24,994 bases of DNA from Octopus sinensis (Eukaryota), in contig NW_021836515.1 in NCBI RefSeq assembly GCF_006345805.1, positions 1 through 24,994 of the forward strand, given 5' to 3'. The notes below the pieces were generated by a model. The model ran no database searches, was not told the origin of the DNA, and worked only from the letters and a program-made list of their open reading frames with translations. This document shows, one piece after another, positions 20,187-24,994 of the stretch. A program made the translations under genes and the position numbers. Position 1 is the first letter of the stretch; each line of letters begins with the position of its first letter.

Positions 20187-20670
20187 ATTAATTTGTCATT
20201 TTTAAATATTTATGTAATTAGATATAGATTATTACCGATATTAGATTATTGGTGGGTTCCTACCTTATAAATTAAATTATATTTAACATTATAGTCGATT
20301 TTGATATAATCATAATTGTTAAGTTTTATGTTTCTAGTTTGATAATAGAGTTTATTATAAGTAAAATTATTATATTATTTATATCTTTAAAATATTGTTT
20401 AAGTATTTCTGATTATTTTTTAAATATTTCAATTAACCTGAAGATTGACTGTAACCATAACTCGAATTATTAATTGAATTTAAATTATTGTTATTCGAAT
20501 TGGTACAGCCATGAAACGATCGTAGTGTTTTACTCTTTATCTTTTATTAAACTTTTAATACTTTTGATATATATTTAAAATAATATAAATTAAATTAATT
20601 TTATGTATTGGCTTATGTTTTTCACTGTTTGATTTGCCTAATAGTGGTTTTATCTCTAATTTAATATAAT
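20187..20670 (+). mobile_element. AT-rich HHR-bearing repeat (probable Penelope-like LTR remnant)
   Basis: Contains an HHR-like motif followed by a U-rich tract. A related fragment lies at 13099-13211. Confidence 0.45.
20436..20526 (+). ncRNA. Partly decayed minimal hammerhead ribozyme with long stem II
   Basis: CTGAAGA 20438-20444. TGACTGTAACC/GGTACAGCCA stem. GAAAC 20513-20517, palindromic GATC loop, GTA 20522-20524. Stem I is only 2 bp. Confidence 0.55.
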
Positions 20671-20730
20671 ATATATATATATATCATCATCATCATCATC
20701 ATCATATATATATATATATATACACATATA

Positions 20731-21066
20731 TTCTTTTACTCTTTGACTTGTTTCAGTCATTTGACAGCAGCCATGCTGGAGCACCACCTTTTAGTTGGAC
20801 AATTCAACCCTAGGACTTACTCTTTGTAAGCCTAGTACTTATACTATCGGTCTTTTTTGCCGAACCATTAAGTTCAGGGACATAAACACCATCGATGTTG
20901 GTGTGTTTACATCCCCGTCACTTAGCGGTTTGGCAAAAAAAAAAATTGATAGAATAACTACTAGGCTTACAAAGATTAAGTCCTGGGGTCGATTTGGTCG
21001 ACTTAAAGGCAGCGCTCCAGCATGGCCGCAGTCAAATGACTGACACAAGTTAAAGAATAAAAGAAA
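20731..21066. mobile_element. Two SINE family 1 3' halves fused head-to-head (inverted repeat)
   Basis: Minus arm 20731-20893 and plus arm 20894-21066, with a palindromic junction CATCGATG at 20890-20897. Confidence 0.85.
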
Positions 21067-21239
21067 GCATTGTGTGTGTGTGTACATTAGACAAACAACA
21101 TATGGGGACAAGGTACACGTGTGCATGTCAGTGTGCATACTCACTGAGTATCTATGCATGCTGCATGCACAGGCATTCACGTTTGCACATGCGCATACAT
21201 GACCATGTGGCACATGGGTATGCAATGGTAAAGATGTTA

Positions 21240-23000
21240 CAGTGATGGTGGCTGCGGTGGTGGTGGTGGTGGTGGATGGTCGTAGTAGTAATAGTAGTAG
21301 TGGATGGTGGTGGTGGTGGTAGTAGTAGTAGTAGTATATGGTGGTGGTGGTAGTAGTAATAGTAGTAGTGGATGGTGGTGGTGGTGGTAGTAGTAGTAGT
21401 GGTGGTGGTGGTAGTAGTAGTAATGGTGATGGTGGCTGTAGTGGTGGGGGTGGATGGTAATGGTGGTAGTGGTAGTAGTAGTAGTAGTAGTATATGGTGG
21501 TGGTGGTGGTAGTAGTAATAGTAGTAGTGATGATGGTGGTGGTGCTAGTAGTAGTAGTAGTAGTATATGGTGGTGGTGGTAGTAGTAATAGTAGTAGTGA
21601 TGATGGTGGTGGTGGTGGTGGATGGTGATGGTGGCTGCGGTAGTGGTGGTAGTAATAGTAGTAGTGGATGGTGGTGGTGGTAGTAATAGTAGTAGTGGAT
21701 GGTGGTGGTGCTAGTAGTAGTAGTAGTAGTATATGGTGGTGGTGGTAGTAGTAATAGTAGTAGTGATGATGGTGGTGGTGGTGGTGGATGGTGATGGTGG
21801 CTGCGGTAGTGGTGGTAGTAATAGTAGTAGTGGATGGTGGTGGTGCTAGTAGTAGTAGTAGTAGTATATGGTGGTGGTGGTAGTAGTAATAGTAGTAGTG
21901 ATGATGGTGGTGGTGGTGGTGGATGGTGATGGTGGCTGCGGTAGTGGTGGTAGTAGTAGTAGTAGTGGATGGTGGTGGTGCTAGTAGTAGTAGTAGTAGT
22001 ATATGGTGGTGGTGGTAGTAGTAATAGTAGTAGTGATGATGGTGGTGGTGGTGGTGGATGGTGATGGTGGCTGCGGTAGTGGTGGTAGTAATAGTAGTAG
22101 TGGATGGTGGTGGTGCTAGTAGTAGTAGTAGTAGTATATGGTGGTGGTGGTAGTAGTAATAGTAGTAGTGATGATGTGGTGGTGGGTTGGATGGTGATGG
22201 TGGCTGCGGTAGTGGTGGTAGTAGTAGTGTAGTAGTGGATGGTGGTGGTGCTAGTAGTAGTAGTAGTAGTATATGGTGTGGTGGTAGTAGTAATAGTAGT
22301 AGTGATGATGGTGGTGGTGTGGTGGATGGTGATGGTGGCTGCGGTAGTGGTGGTAGTAATAGTAGTAGTGGATGGTGGTGGTGCTAGTAGTAAGTAGTAG
22401 TATATGGTGGTGGTGGTAGTAGTAATAGTAGTAGTGATGATGGGTGGTGTGGTGGATGGTGATGGTGGCTGCGTAGTGTGGTAAGTAGTAGTAGTAGTGG
22501 ATGGTGGTGGTGCTAGTAGTAGTAGTAGTAGTATATGGTGGTGGTGGTAGTAGTAATAGTAGTAGTGATGATGGTGGTGGTGGTGGTGGATGGTGATGGT
22601 GGCTGCGGTAGTGGTGGTAGTAGTAGTAGTAGTGGATGGTGGTGGTGCTAGTAGTAGTAGTAGTAGTATATGGTGGTGGTGGTAGTAGTAATAGTAGTAG
22701 TGATGATGGTGGTGGTGGTGGTGGATGGTGATGGTGGCTGCGGTAGTGGTGGTAGTAGTAGTAGTAGTGGATGGTGGTGGTGCTAGTAGTAGTAGTAGTA
22801 GTATATGGTGGTGGTGGTAGTATAAGTAGTAGTGATGATGGTGGTGGTGGTGTGGATGGTGATGGTGGCTGCGGTAGTGTGGTAGTAGTAGTAGTAGTGG
22901 ATGGTGGTGGTGCTAGTAGTAGTAGTAGTAGTATATGGTGTGGTGGTAGTAGGATATAGTAGTAGTGATGATGGTGGTGGTGGCTGTGGTGTTGGGGGTG
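21240..23000. repeat. GGT/AGT minisatellite with 135-bp higher-order unit (~10 copies from ~21600)
   Basis: GGCTGCG marker at 21633, 21799, 21934, 22069, 22202, 22337, 22467, 22601, 22736 and 22867. Confidence 0.9.
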
Positions 23001-24030
23001 GGGGGGTAGTAATAGTAGTAGTAGTAATAGTTGTAGTGATGGTGGTGGTGGTGGTAGTAGTAATAGTTGTAGTGGTGGAGGTGGTGGTGGTTATACTCTT
23101 TCTGAGAGAAGTGGTTTATAAGCAGTGTAATTAAGAATGGTGGTGGTCGTCGTTGTCGTGGTAATGGTGGCAGTGTTTGTAGTGATGGTGATAGGAACGC
23201 CAATAGAGGGTGCTGGTAGTAGTGATGATGGTGGTAGTGATGATGGTAGTTGTGGTGGTGGCAGTGGTGGTACTTGTGGTGTTAATAGTGATGTTGATGG
23301 AGGCAGAAGTGTTGTTTTTTTTGGCAATGGAGGTAGTGGTGGTATTCTTTGCAGTGGTGAAAATAGTACGGGTAGCAGCAATCCATATGGTGCTAGTAGT
23401 GATGATGGTTGTGGTGGTGGTGGTGGTTGGGAGGGTAGTGCTACTTAAAGATTAATGCTAGTATTGGTGGTGCTAACAGGGGTGGTGGGTATTGGTGGTA
23501 GTGGTTGTGATACAGGGTAGAGGCAGCAGCAGCAGTCTTAGTGGGGGTGGCAATTATAGTGGTGGTGGTGGTGGTGGTGGTTGTAGGTGTGGTGTTAGTG
23601 GAAGTCCCGTTGGTAGTGGTGATTGCATTGTTGGTGGTGGTGGTGGTGGTGGTGGTGGTTGTAGGTGTGGTGATAGTGGAAGTCCCGTTGGTAGTGGTGA
23701 TTGCATTGTTGGTGGTGGTGGTGGTGGTGGTGGTGGTGGTGGTGGTGGAGGTGGTGGCAGCAATAGCAGTTGTGGCAAGGGTGGCAGCAATGGTGGTGGA
23801 AGCAGCACCAGTGGTGGAATTGATGGTAGTGGTAGCATCGGTAGTGATAGTGGTGGTGGTGGTGGTGGTGGTGGTGGTGGCACCATCAGTGATAGTGGTA
23901 GTAGGGGTGGTGGCGACGGCGACAGTGGTGGTGCTGCTACTGCTGGCGGGGGGGTGGGGATGGTGCCTCTGGTTCCAATGATACCTGTAGTGGAGGTGGT
24001 AGTGGTAGTGGTGGTGGTAGCGGCATAGGC
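23000..24030. repeat. Degenerate (GGT)n-rich low-complexity block with a 78-bp duplication
   Basis: TTGTAGGTGTGGTG.TAGTGGAAGTCCCGTTGG occurs at 23581 and 23659. Confidence 0.85.
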
Positions 24031-24144
24031 AGTGGTACTGTTGATGTTCAGGTGAGTCGTAAATAGTTACATTTTATAATTAAGATAGGGACAACACTTG
24101 TAAATAATATGGACAGACAGACGCTACACAGGAAAGTGTCTATT

Positions 24145-24915
24145 TATACATACATACATACACACATACATACATATATACACACATACACACACACATA
24201 CATACATACATATATATATTATATATATATATGTGTGTGTGTGTGTGTATATGTACACTTGTGTATATGTCATAGATGTATACACACACATGCAAGTGTG
24301 TGGGTAGGTGTATATATATATGTGTGTGTGTGTGTATATATATATATGTATATATTTTATATATATATTTATATATGTGTATGTATATATATATATATAT
24401 AATGTAGGTATGTATATATATATGTATGTATGTCTATATATATGTATGTATGTATATATATATGTAGTTGTATATATATATTGTATGTATGTATATATAT
24501 ATGTATGTATGTATATATATATGTATGTTATGTAATATATATGTAGATATATATATATATATTATATATATATATGTATATGTATATATATACATACATG
24601 CATGTTTGTGAACAAGCATTCACACCAATCTGTATGTCTTTCTGTTTGTAATTAAGCATGCTTATGTAGGTGTATATATATATATATACACATATATAAA
24701 TATACAGAGAGCAAGAGAGAGGAGAGATAGTATAGAAGATAGATAGATACATACATACATAGACACACACCACACATGCATATATATATACAAGTTGTAT
24801 GTATCTATATATATTTGTATCTTTACATCTCTAGTGTGATGTAATTTATATATATATATAATATATATATATATATGCCTTGTGTGTATGTATTATATAG
24901 ACACACACATTATAT
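24145..24915. repeat. (TA)n/(TG)n/(TATG)n compound microsatellite
   Basis: Directly visible. Confidence 0.9.
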
Positions 24916-24922
24916 AGATTCT

Positions 24923-24991
24923 CATCATCATCATCATCATCATCATTTAGCGTCCGTTTACGATGATGATGATGATGATGATGATGATGAT
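24923..24991. repeat. (CAT)8-TTAGCGTCCGTTTAC-(GAT)10 fold-back
   Basis: The left part matches the retroposon tail at 17898-17919, and the right part is an inverted tail. Confidence 0.7.
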
Positions 24992-24994
24992 ATA

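Noticed and set aside
23137-24028. Gly/Ser-rich ORFs resembling a glycine-rich structural protein
   Set aside because: Drifted (GGT)n sequence with parallel open frames, no signal peptide or splice context, and continuity with the adjacent minisatellite.

Overview
Repeat-saturated, AT-rich eukaryotic DNA, probably intronic or intergenic. The repeat families resemble those of octopus (coleoid cephalopod) genomes; this is my recognition, not a database result. No intact host gene is supported, and nearly all ORF-track entries are translations of (CA)n, (TA)n, (GGT)n or (CAT)n microsatellites. The only protein remnant is a decayed DD37D/maT-type Tc1/mariner transposase (minus strand, 18790-20026). 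It sits inside a complete TIR-bounded element (18266-20172) that carries a nested SINE and a TTAA MITE. Also present are several tRNA-derived SINE families, tandem Helitron-like non-autonomous elements, TTAA/CCCTTT MITEs, an RTE-like 3' tail, and several higher-order satellites. The most notable signal is six hammerhead-ribozyme (HHR) motifs from five unrelated sequence contexts (4662+, 5063+, 11814+, 15437-, 16429-, 20438+). One is a fully paired type I HHR in the middle of a 629-bp element with identical 121-bp terminal direct repeats. That is a 1.24-mer of a 508-nt unit, the signature expected from reverse transcription of a circular or multimeric RNA (retrozyme or Penelope-like). All folds were paired by eye and none is tested. 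Repeat boundaries are approximate unless exact motifs are quoted.
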